64,000 nt of DNA from Thermoplasmatota archaeon (GTDB lineage Archaea; Thermoplasmatota; JAKEGO01), in NCBI GenBank assembly GCA_028279595.1, contig JANQNK010000020.1, positions 96,001-160,000 on the forward strand, written 5' to 3'. This document shows positions 8,508 to 18,523 of this stretch, piece by piece; position 1 is the stretch's first letter; the number at the start of each line of letters is the position of its first letter. The notes beneath the pieces are model-generated. The model worked only from the letters and a program-made list of their open reading frames with translations. It was not told the origin of the DNA and ran no database searches. The position numbers were made by a program, and so were the translations under genes.

Positions 8508-9623
8508 ATGATGGACCCTAGGATCAAGAAATTGGCTGACAATCTGATAAACTACTCGTGCAGCGTGAAGAAGGGTGAGACCGTCCTCATCGAGACCATC
8601 GACATCCCGAAGGAGATGACGACGGAGCTGATCCGGGCTGCCCGGAAGTCGGGAGGCAAGGTCCTCCTGACACAGAAGAACAACGAGATCATGCGAGAGC
8701 TACTCAAGGGGTCCACGGACGCTGAGATCAAGCAGATCGCCGCCACCGAGCTCTACCGCATGAAGAAGGTCGATGCCTACATCGGCATGCGCGGCTCCTA
8801 CAACATCACCGAGCTGTCCGACGTGCCCGGCGACAGGCTCCAGGCCTACATGAAGCACTGGATCAACCCTGTCCACATCAAGGAGCGCGTCAACAAGACC
8901 AAGTGGGTCGTCCTGAGATGGCCGACATCGTCCATGGCGCAGCAGGCGGGCATGTCCACCGAGGCCTTCGAGGACTTCTACTTCAAGGTCTGCACCATGA
9001 ACTACGGCAAGATGTCCAAGGCGATGAACCCGCTCAAGAGGCTGATGGAGCGTACCGACCAGGTGCACATCACCGGACCGGGGACCGACCTCCAGTTCTC
9101 GATAAAGGACATCCCCGTCATCAAGTGCGACGGGAAGCTCAACATCCCGGACGGCGAGATATTCACCGCTCCGGTGAAGAAATCGGTCAACGGGACCGTG
9201 AAGTTCACCGCAGAGACCCTCTACCAGGGCACGGTCTTCTCCGACATCGAACTCACCTTCAAGAACGGGAAGGTCATCGAGGCGACGGGATCGGACCCGG
9301 AGAAGATCAACAAGATCCTCGATACCGACAAGGGCTCGAGGTATGTCGGCGAGTTCGCCATCGGCGTCAATCCGTACATCACGAGGCCGATGAGGGACAT
9401 CCTCTTTGACGAAAAGATCGCCGGTTCGTTCCACTTCACACCCGGCAATGCGTACGACGACGCCGACAACGGCAACAAGTCGGCCGTCCACTGGGACATG
9501 GTCTGCATCCAGACCAAGGACTACGGCGGCGGCGAGATGTACTTCGACGGCAAGCTCATCCGGAAGAACGGCAAGTTCGTGCCGAAGTCGCTGCAGGGCC
9601 TTAACCCGGCGAAACTCAAATGA
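8508..9623 (+). CDS. Aminopeptidase, M29 (AmpS/AmpT) family
   Basis: NIPDGEIFTAP, GEFAIG, LFDEKIAGSFHFTPG, SAVHWD; GGAGG before ATG 8508. Confidence 0.93.
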   Translation: MMDPRIKKLADNLINYSCSVKKGETVLIETIDIPKEMTTELIRAARKSGGKVLLTQKNNEIMRELLKGSTDAEIKQIAATELYRMKKVDAYIGMRGSYNITELSDVPGDRLQAYMKHWINPVHIKERVNKTKWVVLRWPTSSMAQQAGMSTEAFEDFYFKVCTMNYGKMSKAMNPLKRLMERTDQVHITGPGTDLQFSIKDIPVIKCDGKLNIPDGEIFTAPVKKSVNGTVKFTAETLYQGTVFSDIELTFKNGKVIEATGSDPEKINKILDTDKGSRYVGEFAIGVNPYITRPMRDILFDEKIAGSFHFTPGNAYDDADNGNKSAVHWDMVCIQTKDYGGGEMYFDGKLIRKNGKFVPKSLQGLNPAKLK

Positions 9624-9742
9624 TCATGCGAGCTGCAATAATCCCGTAGCTCGTCCTCTCGAACGCTCCAGGGACCAGATAGAGTCAATGGTAGTCGGCT
9701 CGATAGCCAAAATGATACAGCTGCGTGGCTCAAAGTGAGGAT

Positions 9743-10378
9743 ATGACGAACGGAGGATACCAAGGGATCAGGATCGAGCTTGAGAAGAAGAGTAGCGAAA
9801 GGTTGGCCCTCAACCTCTTCAAAGGATTGATGATCCTGGCATTCCTCTCACTTGTCTTTTTCATCCTCATGTGGGAAGGAAATCCCTTCCCCTGCGTGCT
9901 GGCGATCGCCCTGATTCTATTCCTTTTCCTTTACATCCTTCCGAAGATGGTCGCATCCCTCGACATAACGGATCCATACAACCGGCGATTGATCAAAGAG
10001 ATGAGGAGCACCCGCCCGAATCGTTACCCAAGCGATTACCGCACCTTTACCACCGAACTCATACAAGCCACCAGCGCTCTCCGGCAGATCGCAGGAGGCC
10101 CTTTTCACATTGTACCGGTCAGCACGAACATCGACAAGACCAGACGATGCCTGACGGTACTACGAAATCCCGATCCACGGACATACTCCATATACAGGGA
10201 TACCCTGAATGCAATCGAGAGGGCTCATCGAAGGGATCCGATACTCCCTTCCAAGACGATAATGGGCCTTGCACGGGAGATGAGCGACAGCATCGAGGAG
10301 TACCTCTTCGAACTTGAGGATAGGTTTCTCAAGGAGCATGATGAGGTCGTTAGCAGGCTCCGCACATATGGTGAATGA
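9743..10378 (+). CDS. Hypothetical membrane protein (2 TM)
   Basis: Two hydrophobic helices followed by a helical soluble domain; start uncertain. Confidence 0.6.
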   Translation: MTNGGYQGIRIELEKKSSERLALNLFKGLMILAFLSLVFFILMWEGNPFPCVLAIALILFLFLYILPKMVASLDITDPYNRRLIKEMRSTRPNRYPSDYRTFTTELIQATSALRQIAGGPFHIVPVSTNIDKTRRCLTVLRNPDPRTYSIYRDTLNAIERAHRRDPILPSKTIMGLAREMSDSIEEYLFELEDRFLKEHDEVVSRLRTYGE

Positions 10379-10420
10379 CGATCCGATTTCGAGGTCGACC
10401 GCCCCAATACTAAATAATGG

Positions 10421-11176
10421 ATGGTCATACCATACCCAATGCAATTCCCGAGACCGGACAGGAATACAAAAAAAATGGTCCTGGTCCTCTTCATCATACT
10501 CCTGGCTGTGACCCTGACGGTCAGAACGGTCGATATGCCCGAACCGGAGGACCCGGATAGCGAGAAGGACGACGGCTGGGCGATCCTCCATCTCTTCGAG
10601 GTGCTCGGGATCCTGGTGTTCGTACTCACCATCTACCACGCCAAGGTCAACTGGGGTATGGAACGTGTACTGGCCTTCTTTCCTGCACTGTTCGTCTACG
10701 CCCTTGCATTCGAGGACATCAACATCACGATCTCGGAGCAGTACGGATACAACTCGAATGCCTGGTTCCTATTCCATGTCACCATGATCGCCATCCCGCT
10801 CGGGTGGTGCGTCATCGTGTATTGTGCTGTAACGGCCCTCGAGGCCTCTCCAAGGCGATTCACTCCCGTCCAGACCGGGCTCGTCGCGGGGGCGTTGGCG
10901 CTCTCCATCGACCTCGGGATCGACGCCACGGCCTTCGCGTACGGCCTGTGGACATGGAAGGACGGCTACTGGTTCGGAGTGCCCCTGATGAACTTCGTCG
11001 GATGGTTCGTCGTCGTGTTCCTCTGGGTCAGCATGTGGACCCATCTCAGGAGAAAGGAATTGCCTTTCAGGAAGGAGTTCGGATGGTCCTTCGGAGTGAC
11101 GGGGATGGCCCTCGGCCTGCAGTATCCCCTGTATGGACTGTTCATGGGGTTCTTCATAACACTGGGGGTGTTCTGA
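10421..11176 (+). CDS. DUF422/CruF-like (carotenoid biosynthesis) membrane protein
   Basis: Multi-TM; DLGIDATA..GLWTW..YWFGVPLMNFVGWF matches the family C-terminal motif; start may be later. Confidence 0.7.
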   Translation: MVIPYPMQFPRPDRNTKKMVLVLFIILLAVTLTVRTVDMPEPEDPDSEKDDGWAILHLFEVLGILVFVLTIYHAKVNWGMERVLAFFPALFVYALAFEDINITISEQYGYNSNAWFLFHVTMIAIPLGWCVIVYCAVTALEASPRRFTPVQTGLVAGALALSIDLGIDATAFAYGLWTWKDGYWFGVPLMNFVGWFVVVFLWVSMWTHLRRKELPFRKEFGWSFGVTGMALGLQYPLYGLFMGFFITLGVF

Positions 11177-11177
11177 A

Positions 11178-11345
11178 ATGGATAGGGCATCCCTGTTCAG
11201 GGAGAAATGGACGGACATCTTCGTCATCGGAACCCACGGATACTTCCTCGGAGTGGCCGTGTTCCTCGGCCGCCCAGACCTGTTCACCTTCGGCCTGGCC
11301 GCAGCTGCAGGAAGCATACTCTTGTTCAGATGGGTAAAGGGATAG
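11178..11345 (+). CDS. Putative 55-aa small membrane protein
   Basis: ATG 1 nt after the DUF422 stop; MDRASLFREKWTDIFVIGTHGYFLGVAVFLGRPDLFTFGLAAAAGSILLFRWVKG; fills the gap to pepD. Confidence 0.6.
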   Translation: MDRASLFREKWTDIFVIGTHGYFLGVAVFLGRPDLFTFGLAAAAGSILLFRWVKG

Positions 11346-11363
11346 CCCGGCCAGTGTGTCACA

Positions 11364-12824
11364 CTAATCTGACAGCGCCTTGCACGACCTCTGGAGCAGT
11401 TCCCAGAAGTTCTCGACGGACGATATCTGCACCCTCTCCGCAGGGGAGTGAGGGTTCTCGATCTGCGGTCCGAGCGAGACCATGTCCATGTCCGGGTACT
11501 TCTCCTTCAGGAGACCGCACTCCAATCCGGCGTGGATGGCCTTGACCTCTGGTTCATACCCGAGAAGCTCCGTGGTCACCTGTTTCACGACCTTCAGGGT
11601 GGTGGAGTCGAGGTCCGGTATCCATCCGGGGTAGCCGTCGAGCTCCTCGACCTTGGCTCCCGCCATGTTCGAGATGGACCAGTGCATCGACCTGACCCAG
11701 TCCAGGGCAGAGCGGACCGACGATCGGGTGGAGATGACGATGTCGACACTCTCCCCCTCGTGCGTGAGGACCCCGACGTTGGTTGACGTTTCGACAAGTC
11801 CGGGTATCTCGTGAGACATTCCCATGACGCCGTTCGGAAGCGCCTGCAGCGCCTTGATCAGAAGCGCTGACGAATCTATATCTATGGCTCTTCCAGGCAT
11901 GTCGATGACCTCGATGTCGACCTCGATGTTCGGATCGATGGTCCTGTACTCGAATATGATGGCATCGGCCTCCTTGTTCGTGGCCTCGATGAACGTGTCC
12001 TTCATCCCGTTCGGGATGATGGCAGTCGCCTCGGCCTCCCTCGGGATGGCGTTCCTCTTGTTCCCGCCGGCGATGTGGCCGATATGGGGATCTCCCGAGG
12101 CCTCCATTCCGCGGAACAGGATCCGGGTAAGTACCTTGATGGCGTTCGCGCGGCCCTCGTGGACGTCCACGCCGGAGTGGCCTCCACGGAGCCCGTGGAC
12201 CTTGACCGATATCGCAGTCATATCGAGGCTGGATGAATCGAAGGTGTCGACGAGGAACTTGATGTTCGTGTCGGCCCCACCGGCGCATCCGATGCATAGT
12301 TCCCCCTCCTCCTCCGAATCGAGGTTGAGGAACAGCCTGCCCTTGAGGACATCCGTCCCTAGCGAGACAGCGCCGTTGAGCCCGGTCTCCTCGTCCACGG
12401 TGAAGAGGAACTCGAGGGGTCCATGCTCGAAATCTGTTTCCATCGCCGCGAGCATCGCAGCGACTCCGATGCCGTTGTCCGCCCCAAGCGTTGTCCCCCT
12501 GGCAACGACCCACTCGCCGTCGATGACCGGTACTATCGCATCGGTCTGGAAGTTGTGGTCCACATCGGAGTCCTTCTCGCACACCATGTCGACGTGGGAC
12601 TGGAGCACCACTCCAGGTGCGTTCTCCCTGCCCGCCGATCCTGGCTTCCTGACGATGATGTTCCCGCCCTGCTCGCGGATGTACTCCAGGCCGAGACGCT
12701 CGGCGACTGACACTATGTAGTCCCCGACCTCGTCCTCGCTCTTCGAACAACGCGGTATCCTGCTGATCTCGACGAAATAGTTCCACACTATACCGGGCGA
12801 TAACCTTGCTACCTCTTCCGACAT
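11364..12824 (-). CDS. pepD: Aminoacyl-histidine dipeptidase (M20C)
   Basis: LQSHVDMVCEK, TTLGADNGIG, FTVDEETG, NLDSEE, GGHSG, IHAGLECG, HSPAE. Confidence 0.95.
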   Translation of the reverse strand: MSEEVARLSPGIVWNYFVEISRIPRCSKSEDEVGDYIVSVAERLGLEYIREQGGNIIVRKPGSAGRENAPGVVLQSHVDMVCEKDSDVDHNFQTDAIVPVIDGEWVVARGTTLGADNGIGVAAMLAAMETDFEHGPLEFLFTVDEETGLNGAVSLGTDVLKGRLFLNLDSEEEGELCIGCAGGADTNIKFLVDTFDSSSLDMTAISVKVHGLRGGHSGVDVHEGRANAIKVLTRILFRGMEASGDPHIGHIAGGNKRNAIPREAEATAIIPNGMKDTFIEATNKEADAIIFEYRTIDPNIEVDIEVIDMPGRAIDIDSSALLIKALQALPNGVMGMSHEIPGLVETSTNVGVLTHEGESVDIVISTRSSVRSALDWVRSMHWSISNMAGAKVEELDGYPGWIPDLDSTTLKVVKQVTTELLGYEPEVKAIHAGLECGLLKEKYPDMDMVSLGPQIENPHSPAERVQISSVENFWELLQRSCKALSD

Positions 12825-12945
12825 TATGAATCCCCCTTGGTACCGCCCGGATTGTCGCTTCGATATAAGAGCGTTCCGTGGGACGCTACCCGGAATTCAA
12901 GGAAATTGTTAAATAGGCCGGGGATGAAGGATACCCAGTGATAGC

Positions 12946-13818
12946 ATGCGGGTGCTGATGTTGATCACAGTCGCGATGGCCATCGTTGCCCTCTCGTTCG
13001 TACCAGGGACCACCGCCCATGACGATATCGACGTCAGGGTGACCTACGGCGGGGCAGACACGAACAATACGGTCGCCTACAAGGGCGATACATTAGATTT
13101 CTACATCTGGGTGCTCAGCGACTATGAATACAGCCCACTGACCTTCAAAATTCGGACCGAATCGATGACTGGATACAACATGCCTCGGGCACTGAGCAAT
13201 TCGTCGATGACCCTCAATCATTCCGAGGAGGACTACTCCAGGCTTACCATCTATACTCCGCGGGTCACGGACATAGAAGAGTACGTCGTAAGGGTCATCG
13301 TGACTGCTGAAGAGGACGAGAGCATCACGGAATCGGTCCAGATAACCATCGAGGTGATCGACCGTATCGACAGGGGGATCACCGTCGAGATGGGAGACAA
13401 GCGACTCATCCTGAAGCCCGGCAAGGAGGAGTCCATCCTCGTCACCATCGACAACGAATACAATTACGACAGGGAGATCGTGATCACGGCCCATTCATCG
13501 AGCGAAATGGTATATGCCTCCATCTATCCCGAGCACACCCTGAGGGCCGGAAAGTCCCTTGAGCTACTGCTGTTCGTCACCAGCGACGAACCCGAACGAG
13601 CCTTCATCTCGGTCCACATCGTCACTGAGGAGATGCCCGAGTTCCCCGTGTGGAGGCACGTGAACGTGACGGTCGTGGAGGACAAGGCCTCTCTTGCGGC
13701 TGCCGAGACCAGTACCGGCCTTTCCATCAACAGCATCATCATCGGATTCACGATAGGATACCTGATAGCACTGTTCTTCACGGTCTTGATTCTGAAGGAC
13801 AGGATGGGGAGATACTGA
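12946..13818 (+). CDS. Secreted, C-terminally anchored protein with Ig-like beta domains (paralogue 1)
   Basis: Signal peptide, beta-rich body, C-terminal TM GFTIGYLIA..LKDR. Confidence 0.75.
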   Translation: MRVLMLITVAMAIVALSFVPGTTAHDDIDVRVTYGGADTNNTVAYKGDTLDFYIWVLSDYEYSPLTFKIRTESMTGYNMPRALSNSSMTLNHSEEDYSRLTIYTPRVTDIEEYVVRVIVTAEEDESITESVQITIEVIDRIDRGITVEMGDKRLILKPGKEESILVTIDNEYNYDREIVITAHSSSEMVYASIYPEHTLRAGKSLELLLFVTSDEPERAFISVHIVTEEMPEFPVWRHVNVTVVEDKASLAAAETSTGLSINSIIIGFTIGYLIALFFTVLILKDRMGRY

Positions 13819-13897
13819 CCCCCTCACATGAACGAACCTGTACGGTCTTTACGCAAATCGTTAAATATCGAGAACCCCAAGGAACCCCAGTGGTAAC

Positions 13898-14773
13898 ATG
13901 CGGGTGCTGATGTTCATCACGATCGCGATCGCTCTCATCGCGGTCGCGTCGCTTCAGGGGGCCGAAGCAGCCGAGGAACTCGACGTCAGGATCACACACG
14001 ATTCCGTTCAAACCAATGAGACCGATGTCTTCCAGGGTGACCTTGCACATTTCCACATCTGGATCTTCAACGAGAACGCATCCGGTTTGACCCAGACCTA
14101 CGACATAGACGTTAAGGGTCCGAACGAGGAGGTGACTCGGCATCTCAACCGCACCTCCCTCACCGTCGAGTACAGGGAGGAGGAGTCGGTCAGGATCGGA
14201 TTCGAACCTTCCATGGAGGCGAGTACCGACGAATTCGTTTACATTATCCGCGTCGAATCCACCGAGAACGAGAACGTCACCGACTTCGATCGAATAACCC
14301 TGAACGTGCTGGAGAGACCGGACGAGGGTCTTACCGTGGAGATCGACAGACGAAGGGTCACACTCGAGATAGGCCAGACCGGTTTCATTCACCTGAACAT
14401 CACGAACGATTACGATGGCGACCGAGAGCTCGTCCTCATGGCCGATCCATCCAACAATTCGACCGATGCCTTCATAGAGAGGGACCATACCATCGAAGGC
14501 GATGAGACCCTGCATCTGATCATGTACCTCTATGGCGATGACCTCGGTGATTCCTACGTGGCGATCTACATCATCCCTACAGGGACTCCAGAATTCTCAC
14601 TTTACAAGCACGTCAATGTGAGCGTGGTCGAGGACCATAGCGCAAGAGAGAGAAGGGAGAGCGACTCGCCATCGGGCCCAGCCTTCTACACCGTCGTCGG
14701 TTTCACGATCGGCTGCCTGATAGCCATGTTCGTTACGATAATCCTTCTGAAGGACAGATTCCCGAGGCACTGA
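13898..14773 (+). CDS. Secreted, C-terminally anchored protein (paralogue 2)
   Basis: Colinear with the previous gene (MRVLM, DVR, HIW/YIW, PEF..HVNV, GFTIG..LKDR). Confidence 0.75.
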   Translation: MRVLMFITIAIALIAVASLQGAEAAEELDVRITHDSVQTNETDVFQGDLAHFHIWIFNENASGLTQTYDIDVKGPNEEVTRHLNRTSLTVEYREEESVRIGFEPSMEASTDEFVYIIRVESTENENVTDFDRITLNVLERPDEGLTVEIDRRRVTLEIGQTGFIHLNITNDYDGDRELVLMADPSNNSTDAFIERDHTIEGDETLHLIMYLYGDDLGDSYVAIYIIPTGTPEFSLYKHVNVSVVEDHSARERRESDSPSGPAFYTVVGFTIGCLIAMFVTIILLKDRFPRH

Positions 14774-14777
14774 GAAT

Positions 14778-16787
14778 TCAGTCGATCTTCCAGTACTGCA
14801 TGTCCAACTCTAGTTCGTAATTGTTCCCATCGTCGGTCTCGCCGAGGGGTCCGAGGTTAGGGCTCTGTGGTCCGGCCGATACCATTATCACCGTGATGGT
14901 CCACTCGCCCTCCCATGCCTCCTGTCCGGGGAAATCGACCGTTATCGTGATCTCCCCCTCCTGGCCGTTCCCGTTGGTGTCGCTGTCGCTGTACTCCTCG
15001 CCATTCGGTGGTGCGACGACAAGCCGGAAAGTGTCTCCTTCATTCTGTTGGGGAGGGGGACCATTCGGTTCATCGGTCCACGTGAGGGTGACATTGGCAC
15101 CTGTGGCCGCCCCGCCGCTGTCGACGTCGTACTCGTCCTCCTCACCCTCGTCAAGGTAGCCGTCCTCGTCCCACGTGTACTCCCAGAGCTCGTCCGTGAT
15201 CTTCCTGTGCTTCCCCTTGTCGTCGTCATCCGTCTCGAAGTAGGTGTTGGTGCCAGCGGACCAGGCGCTCATGAGCAGAACGGGTATCATCAGGACCGAG
15301 ATCACGACGATGTGGTTGGGCGTGAAAGAGAAAGGCATCCACTTCTTCTTCGGTGGAGGTGTTTCGGGGGCGGGCTCGTGTACGTGAGGTACCGTTATCA
15401 GGGTTCCGCAGGCGGGACACGTATCGGAATCCTCTGCTAGGGCCGCTCCGCAGGCGGTGCAGTCCTCCATTGCTCCGACCTCGGCCGCGGCCAGCTCTCC
15501 ATCCACGGGTTCCGGCTCGACGATGGCCTCGACCTCCATTGCATCGTGCCTGCCGTACTTCTTGTCATACCAGATGAGCCCCACTATGGTCATGAAACCC
15601 GCGCAGGTCACTATGGCCCAGAAGAGCTTGGGCCTCTCCCAGCCCTCGGCGACGCTTCCGAAGAGATGACCGCCGACGTATGACCCTGCGACGTATCCAA
15701 TGCCCGAGGGGATGAAAGCGTAACCCATGTAGACCGCGACCTTGTCCTTCGGTGCGATCTTCGAGACATACGCGATGAAGTTGGGATGCGTGATGAACTC
15801 GCCGAGGGAGAAGATAACGATGCCAGCCAAGAACAATGCGGGTATCGTGGTGGCTCCCAGGAGCATCAGCCCTATGCAGAATATGGTGATCCCCGTGATC
15901 ATGAGGTTGAGGGAATCCTTGCCCTTGACCTTCTGCGAAAGGTACGGGCCCGCAACGACGATCGTGAGGGGATTGAACCCGGCGAGGAGGAAGACGGAGA
16001 ACCATTCCGGCATCTTGAGGAAATGGACCATGTACAGGGGGAGGTAGGAATGGTTCATAGCGAACATGAACCAGAAGCCCGCGTAGATTAGAAGGAGCGC
16101 CGTGAACTTGACGTCGGACAGGACGGTGACCATGGTGGACATGGCCTCGCCGATCTTCTTCTCTGGATTCGGCGGAGCGGGGTCCTCGAGGATTGTGAAG
16201 GTTATCGCAAGGTTGAGGCCCACCAGGATGGTGGATGCGAAGAAGACGTACTCCGCATTTGCCTCCAGGTCGATGATGTTGGAGCCCATGATGGCTGCGA
16301 ATGTCCAGGGTACAACCAGTGCTCCCAGGTTGATCATCCAGTAGTAGATCGCGTAGGCCTGGTTCCGCTGGTCCTCCCGCGTCATCCTCGCGATGCTCGC
16401 GGATATTATCGGCTTGAAAGCTCCCGCGCCGATCCCGAGGAACAGTATACTGAATATTATGAGTTCAAAACTGTCGAACAAGCCAAGGGAGGTGTACCCC
16501 ACCGCCATGGCCATGAAGGCTCCGATCAGTGTCCTCCGGTACCCTACCTTCTCGGCAAGCGCCGCTCCGATTAGAGGGACGAAGTACAGGAGGGTGAGGA
16601 GTATCGCCAGGAAGAGGCCCGTGTCAGCCGCCGAGTAGTCCAGGTTGTCGTGCAGATGGACCGCCAGGATCGCCATCGTCCCGTAGTAGGCACCCCTCTC
16701 GAGGAGCTCAAGAGCGTTGATGACCCAGAAGTTCCTGGGGAACTGCTTGAACAGGCTCACTTCTTCCGTCTGTTCCTCTCCTTCCAT
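14778..16787 (-). CDS. POT/PTR-like MFS peptide transporter with zinc-ribbon and extra C-terminal domain
   Basis: ELLERGAYYG (ExxERxxYY), GAFKP, YYWMINLG; CTAC..CPAC; additional TM and acidic beta domain. Confidence 0.85.
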   Translation of the reverse strand: MEGEEQTEEVSLFKQFPRNFWVINALELLERGAYYGTMAILAVHLHDNLDYSAADTGLFLAILLTLLYFVPLIGAALAEKVGYRRTLIGAFMAMAVGYTSLGLFDSFELIIFSILFLGIGAGAFKPIISASIARMTREDQRNQAYAIYYWMINLGALVVPWTFAAIMGSNIIDLEANAEYVFFASTILVGLNLAITFTILEDPAPPNPEKKIGEAMSTMVTVLSDVKFTALLLIYAGFWFMFAMNHSYLPLYMVHFLKMPEWFSVFLLAGFNPLTIVVAGPYLSQKVKGKDSLNLMITGITIFCIGLMLLGATTIPALFLAGIVIFSLGEFITHPNFIAYVSKIAPKDKVAVYMGYAFIPSGIGYVAGSYVGGHLFGSVAEGWERPKLFWAIVTCAGFMTIVGLIWYDKKYGRHDAMEVEAIVEPEPVDGELAAAEVGAMEDCTACGAALAEDSDTCPACGTLITVPHVHEPAPETPPPKKKWMPFSFTPNHIVVISVLMIPVLLMSAWSAGTNTYFETDDDDKGKHRKITDELWEYTWDEDGYLDEGEEDEYDVDSGGAATGANVTLTWTDEPNGPPPQQNEGDTFRLVVAPPNGEEYSDSDTNGNGQEGEITITVDFPGQEAWEGEWTITVIMVSAGPQSPNLGPLGETDDGNNYELELDMQYWKID

Positions 16788-16884
16788 CGATTGCCTCACT
16801 CAGAGTTTCATCTGGATGTTGGCTTTCAGATAAAAGGGTTGCTACGGTTCGACATGGATGGACCCGGCATCGCCCGACCCGATG

Positions 16885-16906
16885 CCTTCCCGCCCGCCCA
16901 TTGTCA
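16885..16906. repeat. 22-nt dispersed repeat, copy B
   Basis: Identical to 1549-1570. Confidence 0.8.
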
Positions 16907-16940
16907 GATATGGTGGTGGGAAGTGGCCGACTGTAGTTGC

Positions 16941-18443
16941 TCAGAAACCGTAGAGCGGTCCGAACTTGCCGTTGAGGTACGAGATGAAGTGGTCCTCGTC
17001 AAGCGGGTTCCCGGTGATCTCCCTGCAGAGCCCCTCGGCGCGGTGCAGCTTGCCCTTCTCGTGGATGTTCCTCCTCGTCCAGTCCAGGAATCCGGAGAAA
17101 TCGCCATTCTCGAACGAGGTGTACATGTCCGGCATGTCCTTGAGGGCCATCTCGAAGAACTGAGCGGCGTACAGGTTGCCGAGCGTGTAGGTCGGGAAGT
17201 AACCGAACGCGCCCATGGACCAGTGGATGTCCTGCAGGACACCCTGCGAGTCGTCAGGCACATCGAGTCCCAGGAACTTGTCGACCCGTTCGTTCCACGC
17301 CTGCGGTGCGTCGTTGGCGTCGATCTCACCCGAGAACAGGGCCATCTCGATCTCGAACCTGAGCAGGATGTGCAGGTTGTACGTGACCTCGTCGGCCTCC
17401 ACCCTGATGAGCGAGGGCGCTACGTCGTTTATCGCGGCGTAGAAGTCCTCGACGGTGCGGCCTTCGAACTGTTTCGGGAACGCTTCGACCAGCTTCGGAT
17501 AGAAGAACTTCCAGAACGGAAGGCTTCGACCTATCATGTTCTCCCATGAACGCGATTGAGACTCGTGGATCCCCAGGGAGATCGCGACCCCCATGGGAGT
17601 GCCGTAATGGTCATCCAGGTGTCCCTGCTGGTAGAGACCATGTCCCGCCTCGTGGATCGTCGCGAATATCGCTGGCCTGAGGTCGTCGGGGTTGTACCTC
17701 GTCGTCAGCCTGGTATCATGGAGCGTGCCTGACGTGAACGGATGGGTCGTGGCGTCGAGTCGGCCGCGCTCCATGTCGAAGCCGATCAGCGGAAGGAGCA
17801 TCTCGTTGAAGCGCTCCTGGTCGCTGATCCGGTACCCTGCGGTCACGATGGACGTATCGGGGCGTATCCCCGTGTCGACGATCCTCTCGACGATGGGTAC
17901 GAGCTTGTCCCTGAAACGCGCGAAGAGTGTCTCGACCTGCGAGCTCTTCATCCCGGGCTCGAAGGCGTCCATGAGAGCGTCGTACATCCTGTCCTCGTAG
18001 CCGATGAACTCGGCTTCCTGCTTCTTCAGGTCGAGGAGCTTCTCGACGTGGGGCTTGAATATGCTCCAGTCCTTCTTCTCCCTGGCCTTGGCCCAGTCCT
18101 GGGTCGCTCCGGTCTTGGTCTTCGCCAGCTCCTTGACGAGCTCGGGCGGGACCGCGACCGCTCTGTGGTACTCCCACGCGGTCTCCCTGACGTTGGTCTG
18201 TTCCTCCGGTGTCAGGTCCTCGTAGACGCTCTCCCTCTGGAGGTCGTCCAGATACTTCCCCATCTTCTCCGATGTCATCCTCGAATGGATGGTCGTCGAA
18301 AGCGTAGCCATCTCGAGTGACCTGTCCAGACCGCCCTTTGGAGGCATGTAGGTCTGCTGGTCCCACCATAGGATGCGCTCTATCCCCTTGAGGTTGTAGA
18401 TGTCCTTTATCTCAGCGATGAATTCGTCATACGTGTCCGTCAA
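16941..18443 (-). CDS. Carboxypeptidase M32 (Taq family)
   Basis: HPF, TRLTT, HEAGHGLY, HESQS, IRVEADE, QDIHW, YFPTYTLG. Confidence 0.96.
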   Translation of the reverse strand: MTDTYDEFIAEIKDIYNLKGIERILWWDQQTYMPPKGGLDRSLEMATLSTTIHSRMTSEKMGKYLDDLQRESVYEDLTPEEQTNVRETAWEYHRAVAVPPELVKELAKTKTGATQDWAKAREKKDWSIFKPHVEKLLDLKKQEAEFIGYEDRMYDALMDAFEPGMKSSQVETLFARFRDKLVPIVERIVDTGIRPDTSIVTAGYRISDQERFNEMLLPLIGFDMERGRLDATTHPFTSGTLHDTRLTTRYNPDDLRPAIFATIHEAGHGLYQQGHLDDHYGTPMGVAISLGIHESQSRSWENMIGRSLPFWKFFYPKLVEAFPKQFEGRTVEDFYAAINDVAPSLIRVEADEVTYNLHILLRFEIEMALFSGEIDANDAPQAWNERVDKFLGLDVPDDSQGVLQDIHWSMGAFGYFPTYTLGNLYAAQFFEMALKDMPDMYTSFENGDFSGFLDWTRRNIHEKGKLHRAEGLCREITGNPLDEDHFISYLNGKFGPLYGF

Positions 18444-18523
18444 TCGAATACCCCCTTTGCGGCCCTGATGCGCATGACCGCTACCCCATTAATAACCTTG
18501 CGATGACATGTGAATCCCTAGGT

